A stretch of DNA of 64,000 nt from Pseudovirgaria hyperparasitica (lineage: Eukaryota), in assembly GCA_010093815.1 (NCBI GenBank), contig ML996579.1. One strand, given 5' to 3'. A program made the translations under genes and the position numbers. The notes under the pieces are model-generated. The model ran no database searches, had not been told where the DNA came from, and was given only the letters and a program-made list of their open reading frames with translations. Shown here one piece after another: positions 38,438-49,240 of this stretch. How positions within the stretch are numbered: position 1 is the stretch's first letter; every line of letters begins with the position of its first letter.

Positions 38438-39310
38438 CTCACTAGAAACCGACAGTGGGAGTGACAAACTGTATATGCGCGAAGTGTCCACGAAGCAGCC
38501 ACTCCGTCGATTCGTGCACAGAGTTCTGCTGCTCGGTGCTGAGATGTAGCTCTGGGTGTTCACGCGACCAGGTGCCCACAGCTGCGATACTTCTGACATT
38601 CGCCAAACTCTAGGACGCTTCACCCACGCAATCGCAGCATCTACGTTAATGAGCGACAAAGAGACCGGCCTTGATATATTATCGCTCAAAGATGACTACT
38701 GCATGACAATCTTGATCGAGCACGCCACAGCTAGAAAAGACCGGGCGGTGGAGATTTTACCGACTCCATTCATGCCCCAATTGATGAAGAGGGATTATTG
38801 TGAGAGGTTGGAGGGGAATTTTTATGAGTGGGTGGCTTGAGAGGGCGAGATTGGTTAGGGGGCCACTGGGACGAGCTGGATATGCAAAAGAGCTTAGGCG
38901 TAGTGAGACTGAGGTGGGCAGTGCACGTCGTGTATGTATGACTTGTGCCCGCATATAGCAATCCGATTCTTTTCGACAGGTGTGTTGTATCTGTGCCAAT
39001 AGTATCAAGATCTGGTGGAAAATGGACAGGGCCTCTTGAAATCTTCGCTGGATCATCCTTTCCGCCCTTAATAAAACATCAGCAATGTTTGTATTTATCG
39101 ACTAGATATCGTATGTCGGCCAAAGCCCTATCGAGGTCAGCGTGTCTTACTCGGAGAGACAGGAGGAGAAAAAAAGGAACGTACAGTTTCCTCGGACTAG
39201 GATTGTCCGGATAGTGAGCGGATGAGAGAAGATTGAACCGTCTGTAACAATCTTAGGGCGTTGAGGTCATCCTTGACTGGCTTTCAGACCAATCAGTGCT
39301 TTAGGGGCTC

Positions 39311-40468
39311 TCACATGGAGTACAAAATGTTCCTATCCTCGCAGTCCTCTTTAGGGTCTGATTTGGGGATCGATGTATGGTATTTCTCCATATAATCTGG
39401 TCCGATAGAGAATCTAGCGAGTCTCCACTTTGCTAGATCATCTATAATAACGTTAGTCCTCCCTCTTCTCCATCGAAACACTCCCTTGCGCCCAGAAAAC
39501 GAATATATAGTGTAGGTTCTACTTTCATTCGTTGTGTCCCCAGAAAGATCCAGCACCAAACAGTATCAGCCTGTTCGTCTTTTTATCTATTCGCACATTG
39601 CGAATTTGTAAGTCCACAGGGACCAGCACTGGTCAAATCTTCTTTCCCGAGGCTTCCAGAGGCCGAAGGAGTCGTAGAAATACTACTCGGAGTAGCCTCA
39701 CTGATAAGTCGTCCAGTTCTGAGGAGCGTCCTTGGGCAGCAGCTTCGTGATCGAGAATGTGCCGCATGCCTCTGGTGAAGAATATCTCCCAGGAGTCAGC
39801 CCAAGTTTTGTCTTGCGGGAAAGCGCCCATGTGTCGTCACATGAGAAATTCAAATTTTCCATGCGGATTCTGATGCATTGACTGTTTCTCGTATAGGTCA
39901 GCTGTCTACATATGCAATCGCGCCACCATAGAACAAAACGCTTCGACGTCAAGCTGCGCTTCAATGAGTTCGTGGAAGTCACTAATATAAGAAAAAGTGA
40001 TCTTTCAAAGAAGAACAAAGCCCCCAAGCGAGTAATCTCACTATATATATACTCAAGCATTATAGCATATAGTAATGCCATCGATTCGTACTCGCCACGA
40101 AGCATACTCGTGCCAAGCTCACCTTGAGCAATCTGTCAAGACATAATACTCATGATTAGAATCCAGAAAGAAAGCGGTGCAGGGGGAGAGGGGGGTGGGG
40201 CGCTCGTTTTGGCAAAGAAGTCTTCAGCTTCTGGGTGTCGTCCGGTGACCGATAAGTGAATTGGGCACGACCAGCCGCATTCTCCCAATTGTAGAGAAGT
40301 GACTCGTTCGTCTGAACTGCATACGTCTGCTGAGATTGTTAGCAATTGGAGACTATGGTAACCCTGCAGCGTACGGGACATAATCGCCTCATCGACGGAG
40401 ATGTTGTTTGAAAGATCACGAGGCAGGTCAGGCTTTGTTGACCACAGCTTGGGTTTACAGCCTAACAA
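39311..40468 (-). pseudogene. Fructosamine-3-kinase / protein-ribulosamine kinase family pseudogene
   Basis: Collinear fragments MLRGEYESM, NPHGKFEF, WADSWEIFF, LRLLRPLEASGKKI*PVLVPVDL (decayed HGDLW), GSFWGHNE*, PKSDPKEDCEDRNILYS, broken by in-frame stops and frameshifts. Confidence 0.85.
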
Positions 40469-40525
40469 TTTTCATTCATCAGTGCTACCATTATTTAGTA
40501 AATGCTGTAGTGCAGGCGCTTTGTA

Positions 40526-41704
40526 CTATGAATTGGACTTACTTGCCTCCCTGGCGATCCGCTGTAGGTCAGATAGAAAGACCCATCGCCCGGAGGACTT
40601 CCATCCTTGCTCTTTCCAGCTATCTGCAGTCTCTGGATAGTAGCTTAGCGTGCCGTGGATCGACACGTCGTGCGCAAAAATCACCATAACCCTGTCGTCA
40701 GCATCGAAAGCTTCAATGCTCTTTATTGTTCTCTCCGCATCCTCGAGATGTTCTGGGAAACAGGGGTCTAGGCCTAGATATGGCAGTATTTTCGAGTTGC
40801 GAGGGTGGAATTTGACGAGTTCCTCAGCGGGACAAGGGGAGGGGTTCAGACCAGGGGCATCGACGAAGTTCGGTAGAGGGAGAGCTTCGGACGGACGAAA
40901 TTCGCCTCCCAAATGAACACTGTCTGCAGCCATGAGGATGAAAGTTGGTGGGTTGGCTGAGGTTCTTGCGAGCGCATTCAAATGCCCAAGAGCGTGCTGA
41001 ACATTTTTGTAAGCATAATCTCCCACATACCAGCTGGAGAGCGCGACATCTTACCCCAGGTGCATCAAGAAGATAGAAACTGCCGTCTCCGAAATAGTCA
41101 TGCGCCCTCAATCCACCAATGTCGATCTTGAAGCTATCTGCCTCGATACCCGTGATTTTTCGACCCGCAACGTCAGTCTCCCGGAAGTGTGCGTCCGGTA
41201 CCTTGGGCCACCCAGGCATAAAACGGTCTTTGATGCCAGGGCCAACCACGAGATCGGTGTTTGGCGGAAAGCTTGCAAGATTCCCGGTATGGTCCCAATG
41301 AATGTGACTAATGAGACCACATCAGCAACAGCAAGATTGATCCCAAATAACAAAGCTTGCCTCCAGATCGCAGCGTCCAATTTGCCCAGATCAAGTCCGC
41401 CATCGCTTAATATGTCCACGAGCTCTTTCTCCACCTGGATAATCGTCCCTGATTCCTTGAGTCGAGCTACAGTTGAAGGTATAAGCTCTTCCCAGTTTTT
41501 TTTTATCCCAAGATCGAACAAGACATGGCGATCAGTATGCGTGATGAGGAACGCGTAAGAGCATAGGTCAAAAGTGTTGAGTCCAGGAAACTTCGGACGG
41601 AATAGATCGGCACAGTCGACCTTGTAAGCCCATGATGTAGTGTCAACAATTGACACAGAGACAGTCGATTCTGAAAAGGGGATCGTAATCTCGCGTGGTG
41701 CCAT
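40526..41704 (-). CDS. Metallo-beta-lactamase-fold hydrolase (AHL-lactonase-like), 3 exons
   Basis: VLFDLGIKK, spliced WSHIHWDHTGN (HxHxDH), DYFGDGSFYLLDAPG|HALGH, ADSVH, IFAHD; first intron 41360-41308 has a GC donor. Confidence 0.9.
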
Positions 41705-41916
41705 TCTTCCTGAACTAGGGTACCGTCGAAAATGATGGTAGGTATATACCCTTTCAAGAGGGCTTCGCTGTTTCCGAGTTCTATTGAATACAAGATGACG
41801 TGATAACAGCCTCAAGGAGTTCGCCTTTTCATGTAGGCTCATGCTTTGCCTAGGACGTGATGTGGTGGATGCACAGGTACCAGCGCTATGTGAAAGAGGA
41901 TTGACTAGATGTTTCG

Positions 41917-41980
41917 TACCCGTGCCACGCACGACATGGTTGAAACCATTTCAACCATGTATTAGTGCGTGGCACGAGTA
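41917..41980. mobile_element. 64-bp TA-flanked inverted repeat, MITE-like or internally deleted Tc1/mariner remnant
   Basis: TA-CCCGTGCCACGCACG-ACATGGTTGAAA-cca-TTTCAACCATGT-ATTA-GTGCGTGGCACGAG-TA. Confidence 0.6.
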
Positions 41981-42415
41981 ATACTCCAAACTTCTTAGTT
42001 AGTGGACGGAAGCTATTCCAGTTTCGACATAACGAAATCTTGCCCCGCTCGGGAGCGGGGGAACGGGTGTTTCGTCCGGTGCCATATAAATTGAGCTAGG
42101 TAACCTCCCGTCCTGAAATCGTAGACAAGGTGCTCGCGAGTCAGCGCCACCAGCCAGCTGTGATGCAACCGGTAAGTGTGCAGTCATGCAACGACCCTGG
42201 AAACTCTCGTCTACACTGATCAGTCCACGGGTTGATGATTTGGCAATGATCGACTTCTCCAAACCGTCTAATGATAAGCCATAAGCTGCCATCAGTTCAT
42301 AGCGCTCCACGGCCTTTTGACTTGGAGCTGGAAAGCGTACAAGAATTCTTACCCGCACGTAAGGCTTCCGCAACCTTCAGCGAACATCGCTCAATTTGAG
42401 AGTTCTCCGGCCACG

Positions 42416-43300
42416 ATGCAGACCCCTAGATCTACCGTTGGTCGTGTCGACAAGGCGCCCAAGGAAGTTAATGTGATTGTAAGCGGTGGTGGGGTAAGTG
42501 GTCTGTTACGTTGAAGCAAAACACTCTGAAGCAACACAGCCCTGGGGCCCCGGCACTCCATGGCCTCCAATACCCATCAATTCGTCCTGGCTCATAGCTG
42601 ATGCCCTGCCTCGAGTCATCTTTCGCAACGGCGAACGACCCAATATACGGATAGTTCTATATCCAGAGCCTGTCCCGTCTTCTTGGCACGCTATTCGTCA
42701 GGCGCTACCTCAGTTCTGGAGCGGCGACAAGCACTTCTTCCACCTGCACCACGATCCCGACACACCTTCGCATTTCCCTGTGACAGCTGTTTTGCATATG
42801 GGCATGCTTGATAAGCCCAATGAGGCTTTCCGGCTTGAACAGAATGCGTTCAAGCTGGGCTATGAACTTCCAGACGTAGATGGCAAGCGTCCTGATGAAG
42901 ACGACTTGACCGGTGGCGGCACTTGGACTGACATACCAGATCAGCTGTCTACAGAGCTAGACATAGGCTCCATCATCACAAAAGTGAAGTCAACATATAA
43001 AGTACATCGGCTCCCCCTTGTCCTGCATGTGCTGTCTTGCTTATACATGTATCTCCTGAATAGGACGCCGCCATTCGCATCTCCTACGATCCTGCTCGTT
43101 TTCTTTGCGCATATGAGTACTACACTTCGCTCGCAGCGGTATACAAGCGCAGCGAGAAGCGAAGAGTACTTTTCATGCACACTCCGATAGAGCATGAGAG
43201 CGAAAACATTCAGTACGGCGTTCAGATTGTTACGAAAGTCATTGAATCCATGGTGGAGGAATTGGAAAGCTCAGAGACAGCATCAGAACATCAAGCCTAG
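42416..43300 (+). CDS. Pyroglutamyl-peptidase I (peptidase C15), 3 exons
   Basis: VIVSGGG|PWG..INSSWLIADALP, VLHMG, FRLEQNA (catalytic Glu), SYDPARFLCAYEYYTSL (Cys), RRVLFMHTP (His); introns at about 42494-42539 and 43002-43043. Confidence 0.85.
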
Positions 43301-43517
43301 GTGTCTAGAATGCAAGTCCTTTTCAACTAATCCGGTCATTCGGTGCTACCTATCCGTGTAGAACCATTTCCTCGTCGCATATACCAGCTTAAGTCCGCAC
43401 GCTTAAGAAGTGAAAGTGAAAGCAGACCCTTAGTTCATGCATACCCATCGACCAACGAAGATGATGAGGTTCGTGGGGATAGCTGCAACCGGCGTGAATG
43501 ACGATCGATGAGTTGTT

Positions 43518-43735
43518 GAGTGTTTGTGCTACTGAGGGTTCCAGGAGTGTTGGTATATGGTTTTGGGAAGGTATGGCTTACCCTGCATCTACACTTATCG
43601 ATTTATATCTATATATCCAACCGCGCCTCCTCCTCTCCTTCCCTCCTCCGCAAACCATCACAAAAGCACACCTAGCATATTCCAAAAGAGCCATGCGCTG
43701 TCACCACCGCTTCCATATGCATCCGTACCCATGCC
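43518..43735 (+). repeat. Copy B of the ~220-bp direct repeat
   Basis: Collinear similarity to 38153-38375. Confidence 0.9.
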
Positions 43736-43833
43736 ATGTCCCGTTCGTCGTGTGTGATATTCCCGGTACTGGGCATCGCGTCATGTGTGCCCACCAAGTG
43801 CATCATGGGCTTGGCGATGTTGTATATCAGTAG
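43693..43833 (+). CDS. Putative 46-aa His/Cys-rich micro-protein MRCHHRFHMHPYPCHVPFVVCDIPGTGHRVMCAHQVHHGLGDVVYQ
   Basis: First ATG after TATATAT (43610), in GCC-ATG context; 9 His and 4 Cys; paralogous start to the 38333 ORF. Confidence 0.4.
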   Translation: MRCHHRFHMHPYPCHVPFVVCDIPGTGHRVMCAHQVHHGLGDVVYQ

Positions 43834-44410
43834 TATTGCGCGCTGATGGCGATCATCATCGCGATTGTCATGGTACGTAGTATGTGCATTGTGTCTGGCT
43901 TAGGCTCCATCGCATACAGGATCTGGCATGGAACTTCCGGCCAATTCCTTGCCGTGTGTGCCTGATCGTTTTGCGCTCCCGGGGCTTGGTGTTGAGAAAA
44001 CCGATGTGCACAGTTCTGTAGGTTGTTGGATGATGAGGTGTGGTGGGCTTTATATATGTTGGATGAGATCCATTCTTAGTATTAATCGTATTACCCGGCA
44101 TCCCATTCACAACACCCACTTACCCGCACCATTTCCCTTCACACAGTGCCAACCCGGCAGAAAGAATCCGCCAAGCAGATGCTGCGCAGTTTGGTATATA
44201 ACCTGAGCCTCTCGTCTGCCATTGCGGTTTCAAATCAGAAAACTTTCTCCGCGACAATTTAGTATAGAGAGACTCCCGAAGATATCTACACCGAATTAAC
44301 AGAGACGACTTGGTTCGTCCATGCTTCCGGTGCATTCGTCTTAGGGTTGTCATGTTGTTGGGGTGTGCCGAGTGTTAGCTGTTGGTGATGCTCTTTGTTA
44401 TCGGTTCATG

Positions 44411-44412
<2 letters not shown>

Positions 44413-44448
<36 letters not shown>
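44413..44448. repeat. (GAT)12 microsatellite
   Basis: Perfect GAT repeat. Confidence 0.95.
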
Positions 44449-44449
<1 letters not shown>

Positions 44450-46690
44450 AGGCGTGTTAAAATTCGCGCGCGTTGCGTCTGGAATGGTGACAAGTAAGGG
44501 TTAGATACGAGGAGACAGGTACGGGACGACATGGCACGGTGTTAGGATATTTGCAGAGCGGCACCCGACGGCAACATCTGCAGACTAGTACATTGTTTTT
44601 TTGCGTTTAGTTGCGAAATTCGTATCTGCTATGGATTGTATCAAGCTTTTCTTCGCACGAATGAGAACTTACTTTATGCGTTCTGCGTTCAGGGGGTTGT
44701 GAATGTGTTTCGGGGGTATGTAGGACCCGACTTATGTTGAATAGCGTTAGTGAGAGGCGAGCATCATTCACATTCATACATGATAGTAAACAAACCACTG
44801 AACAGCCACACATCTCCACCCAACTTCATACTATGTATCGCTTCCACGACCATCCCAACAACCCTCCACCCGATCCTAGCACTGTGAAAGAAACACCCTA
44901 CCCGGCACATACATCCACAACAGGAATAGCTATATAAGCACAGCTGCTCCCCAGCGTCTCCATCCCCCTGCACACTTTCTGACATTGAAATCGTATTGCA
45001 TGAAAGAATCATGGTACTCATCTCTCTCTGACGCTATATAATGCCACCTTCTATGGCTGCTCACTCTTGGACTCCAATGCTGGATAGATATGAAGACGAT
45101 GATGATGATCGTTGTGAGGTGACCTTGGTGAAGAAAATCGCTGTTGTGTACTGACGATGCTGATCTGTGTGCTGGACAGATTGTCCGCGACGGCATGTGT
45201 CCGCGGCATCATTCATTTGTGTTTTGGTAAGTGTGGCGGCGTGACATACCCTGTATGCTATTGTAGGGAATATAATAGCAGGTCACAAGGAATATACAAG
45301 GAGAGAAGGAGTGATTAGTAATGTAGGAATGATGTGAAAGCAGTTAAAAAGATAGATATGCATTGTGGACAGTCTCAATACACGTACAGGACAGTCCCAA
45401 AAGTTGTAAGGAGAGCGCTAGGGTATGATATATAAGAGGTAAATTCTATAAGAATAAACTTCTTCTATCCCTCTGCTCCCTTCCGACTACACAATTCTAC
45501 CATATCTTCGTGTAGAGTATAGACTTACCGAGGAGAGGGAATGTATCATGCTCTCTTCACCCTACTCGAATATTCGATGATGCCTCGTTGTTTGCCTCTG
45601 TAATAGTATGACTGCTCAGCATCGTGGAACGGTGACGCTCATCACCAAATTTAACCAGAAATAAGGACCATTGCTGACCAGATACGAGACAGGTACTCAC
45701 GCACTGCCCTAATCTGAAGCTGTTTTCAGGATAAGCTACTACAGCAAGAGTGTGTCTCTCAACCTTTTCGTCAGGCTAATAACCCATTAGCAAGTCCTTC
45801 ACGCAAGACCGAGGTAGAGGTGCTAAAGCATCCGGGACTTCAACAACGTAGCTGTGATATGGGGTCCTTTGAGCCGTATCCAGGCTGCCGGGTACGCCGA
45901 AATGGCGAGTTTGACTCGAGACACATTACGAAGCAGAAGACCAACGTACCCGACAAACCTACAGCCTCAGCTATTAGACACTCCAGTACTTATACAATGC
46001 CCCGTGACTCTAAATTTCTTCTTAGAGTCTACAAGGAAAGTAGAATCTATCTGCCGAGGGTCACTGCTCGTAGTATAACAACTCCAAGTACATGTTGTCG
46101 CTCCTGCTGGATAGATGTAATCAAATGATCCCGAGGAACAATGTTGGCACTATCCGCCTAAGCATTGTTCTTCATCTACGTGGGACGTTGATGATAATCG
46201 TCGCCAGGGAGTGGAGATTACGCTTAGTAGCGTCTATACAGAGGAACATCATTAAGGATGTTACAGACGACACATTGGTTGTGGCAGAAGTAGGAGTATA
46301 AGTTCCATTTCGTGAGATGGACGGCAGGTACCCACGAGGCAGTACAAAGCTCTGAAAGAAGGGTTAAGCTGATCGTATATACACAAAGGAGTGCCGGGTA
46401 GTCTGCCTGCAGTCTAAATACTACAGCACCGGGCAAGCTGGCTCTATGAAAGAGATGTCTGTTTTTACCTCTTCGAACATGACTTACCAGAGAATCATGT
46501 AGGTAAGCAAAGCCTATATATCGAAACTTTCCTAGGGAAAGACCGCGAACAAAATACTATGGCTATGTCTGCCATACTAGAACTAAATCTATGACAACAT
46601 AGCTCTAGGCTCTGGACATGTTGCTGCAAGTGCTGTTGCTTATTAGCTAAAAAAGTATCGCGAGCATAGACTGACATGACACCACCATTC

Positions 46691-47962
46691 TCACTGGCCT
46701 CCTCCAACTCCGAACATCTCCGTTCTCACTCTTTCACTGTCAACTCCATACTCCTTCAACTTCGCCTCTGCAGCACACATGAACTCCGTCGGTCCACAGA
46801 CAAAGTACCGCGTTCTCTCATCCCCTAAATGCAACAGCTCCCGCTCTCTCAAAATATCCATGTCCATCCTTCCCTGACAGTCATACTCCTCCCCCTGAGT
46901 CTCCCCCTCATCCGGACAAGTCGTAAAAAATACAACCCTCAAGCCCACATACTCCCTTTCTACATCCCTCAACCGCACACGAAACACCCTATCCACGTCC
47001 CTCCTCGCCGTATGCACCAGCGTAATCCTCCTCTTTCCCTTCTCCGCCTCCAGCATCGCCATCAACGGCGTAATACCCACCCCAGCACCCAGCAACACCA
47101 ACGGCACATTCCCATCCCCATCCCCATCCACACTCCCCTCCTTTGCCGCATCAAACCCAAAATCCCCACCCGGGCAAGAAACCTCAACCTCCCCCCCAAC
47201 CCCCATCCCATGCAAAACCCCACTCACGTACCCGCCCCTAAACCCACCCCTCCCATCCTCCCTCTTCACACTAACCCTCAAATACCCCCTTCCAGGCCCA
47301 TCACTCAAACTATACTGCCGCGCCTGCAACATACCCTCATCCCCACTCCCAGTAGCGCCCGGCACACGCACCCGCAAACTAACATACATCCCCGGCACAA
47401 ACCCCGGCACGTCCGCCCCATCCCCACGCACAAGATAAAACGACGTCACACACTCCGTCTCCATCTCCTTTCGCACAATCCGACACGTCTGCCAGCCTAC
47501 CCAATTGCTGTGCTCCACACGCGCGTAGCCAGCGCGCTCAAGCGCAATCATACTGTTCGCAAGCTCCCAATACGCAGCCGTCCACGCAGCACGTACTTCG
47601 GCACTCCACACACCCCCGGGCAGATCGCCGAGCACGCGCTGCATCGCGGCGATCAAGCCCTCGCCGACAAGCGTGTACATGGGCGGCGTGATGCCGAGGC
47701 TAACGTGCTTCGCGCATACCAGCTCTAGCATCTTCTTCAAACTGGCCTGGTCGTCGATATGCGTTGCGTATGCATGCAGAGCGGAGGCGAGGGCGCGGGC
47801 TTGGTGGGATGTGGACTGGTGGGTTGCGTTGAAGATGTTTGAGAGGTCTGGGTGGGCGGATAGGAGTGATTCGTAGAAGGAGGAGGTGATTGCTGTGCCG
47901 TGGAGGGCGAGGGCGGGGATTGTGGCTTTGATGATTGCGCGCTGGGGGGTTGTGAGGGACAT
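46691..47962 (-). CDS. YHB1: Flavohemoglobin (nitric oxide dioxygenase), intronless
   Basis: Globin domain (IIKATIPAL..FYESLL..HPDL.NIFN..QARALA..KHVSLGI..Y), FAD domain (PGMYVSL, RQYSLSD, SVKRE, GYVS) and NAD domain (GAGVGITP, YFVCGP, EMFG). Confidence 0.96.
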   Translation of the reverse strand: MSLTTPQRAIIKATIPALALHGTAITSSFYESLLSAHPDLSNIFNATHQSTSHQARALASALHAYATHIDDQASLKKMLELVCAKHVSLGITPPMYTLVGEGLIAAMQRVLGDLPGGVWSAEVRAAWTAAYWELANSMIALERAGYARVEHSNWVGWQTCRIVRKEMETECVTSFYLVRGDGADVPGFVPGMYVSLRVRVPGATGSGDEGMLQARQYSLSDGPGRGYLRVSVKREDGRGGFRGGYVSGVLHGMGVGGEVEVSCPGGDFGFDAAKEGSVDGDGDGNVPLVLLGAGVGITPLMAMLEAEKGKRRITLVHTARRDVDRVFRVRLRDVEREYVGLRVVFFTTCPDEGETQGEEYDCQGRMDMDILRERELLHLGDERTRYFVCGPTEFMCAAEAKLKEYGVDSERVRTEMFGVGGGQ

Positions 47963-47970
47963 TTTCTTGT

Positions 47971-47971
47971 G

Positions 47972-48006
<35 letters not shown>
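47971..48006. repeat. (GTGC)n tetranucleotide repeat immediately upstream of the flavohemoglobin ATG
   Basis: About 9 tandem GTGC units. Confidence 0.9.
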
Positions 48007-48007
<1 letters not shown>

Positions 48008-49240
48008 AGCGAGGGAAGGGGTCTTTGGGTTAGAGGGCTGGAAGGATGTAAGAGTGCTGCTGTATGTAGTGCGAGATATATCGGATGTAGATTTGAAAGA
48101 TATCGTAGTGGTTTTGAGGAAAGAAACATGTCCTTTATGCTCTGCCTATCCTCGTCCCTCGAGACACGGGACCCCCTGAGCCGTCTCTCGAAAGGGCTGA
48201 CAGACTTTTTCTTTTATTATTTTCTTCAAGGACTGGCTGGTGTTGTGTTCGTACTGCTGGCTCCACTGCCAGACCCTGAGTTGCATCAACCCTGGTCCCG
48301 ACGCATCGTCCTGCTCAGGCTTCTCCGGGGAGAAAAGGATCCGAGAAATGATTAATTATGCATGTGAGAGCCAAAGTTAGACTGGGCAGGTGAGATTCGA
48401 TGAGTAAGAAGATCTCGCCAGGGACATGGTGTCACAAGAACTATCATGCTGACTGATGTGGTACATCCAACTTGGGCCGTTTGCCCATGCGACGCAAGCA
48501 TTCTCTGTCAGACCCAGGGACGTGAGCGCACATGCTCTACGTTCGACACAGCATCTCCGTGGCACGTAGATATACATGGTAGGACAAACATACACCTTCG
48601 GCACAGAAGAAACAGCTCAGCATATAGATCGTCTCTGTTTGACTCTACTATTATGCTCATTACTCTTAGCTTCAATCTCCCAACAACAACATACCAGCGC
48701 AAAGCCAAAGTATGTCCCGCCATGATGCTAGTTATCTGCTATATGCAAATAATGCCCCTTTCACTTGATTGCTTTTCCTTCTAAAAGCCACCATATGAGT
48801 AAAGTATACCCATATATCATACTCTGAACTAATGCTCTGATAGGCTTTTCTTGCCTCTTAGCACTCCTGCTTGGTATCATCAAACTAATACTGTCCTGTC
48901 ACACAGGGAACAAAGGAAAACTTGGGCAAATGGGAAAATGTGGATACGGGGGCGGCGTGGAATGGGTGGGGTAAGTCTATGTTACATACGACAAGTCGTA
49001 GGTAGTGAAGAAAGGAAAGTGTGAGTATATGACCTCGTAGCCATGTTGATTGAGAAGATGCCTTCGAGTCGGCCGTTCAGTGACGGAGGATCCGACGGCT
49101 AGGTGTCAAAGAAGAGCTTTTTCCACGATGAACTTTTATGGTCCCACAATGCGCCTTCCAGAGCCGAGCGCCGATTCGCCAGAAAGTAACACGACAACGT
49201 CCACCGATGGAGAGGTGAGGAATGCTGGTGGACAAGACAA

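Noticed and set aside
46829..47728. 299-aa Pro/His-rich ORF antisense to flavohemoglobin
   Set aside because: Shadow ORF produced by the G-rich codon bias of the real gene.
48322..48331. CTCCGGGG upstream of flavohemoglobin as a NirA site
   Set aside because: Does not match the CTCCGHGG consensus (H excludes G); a single near-match is uninformative.
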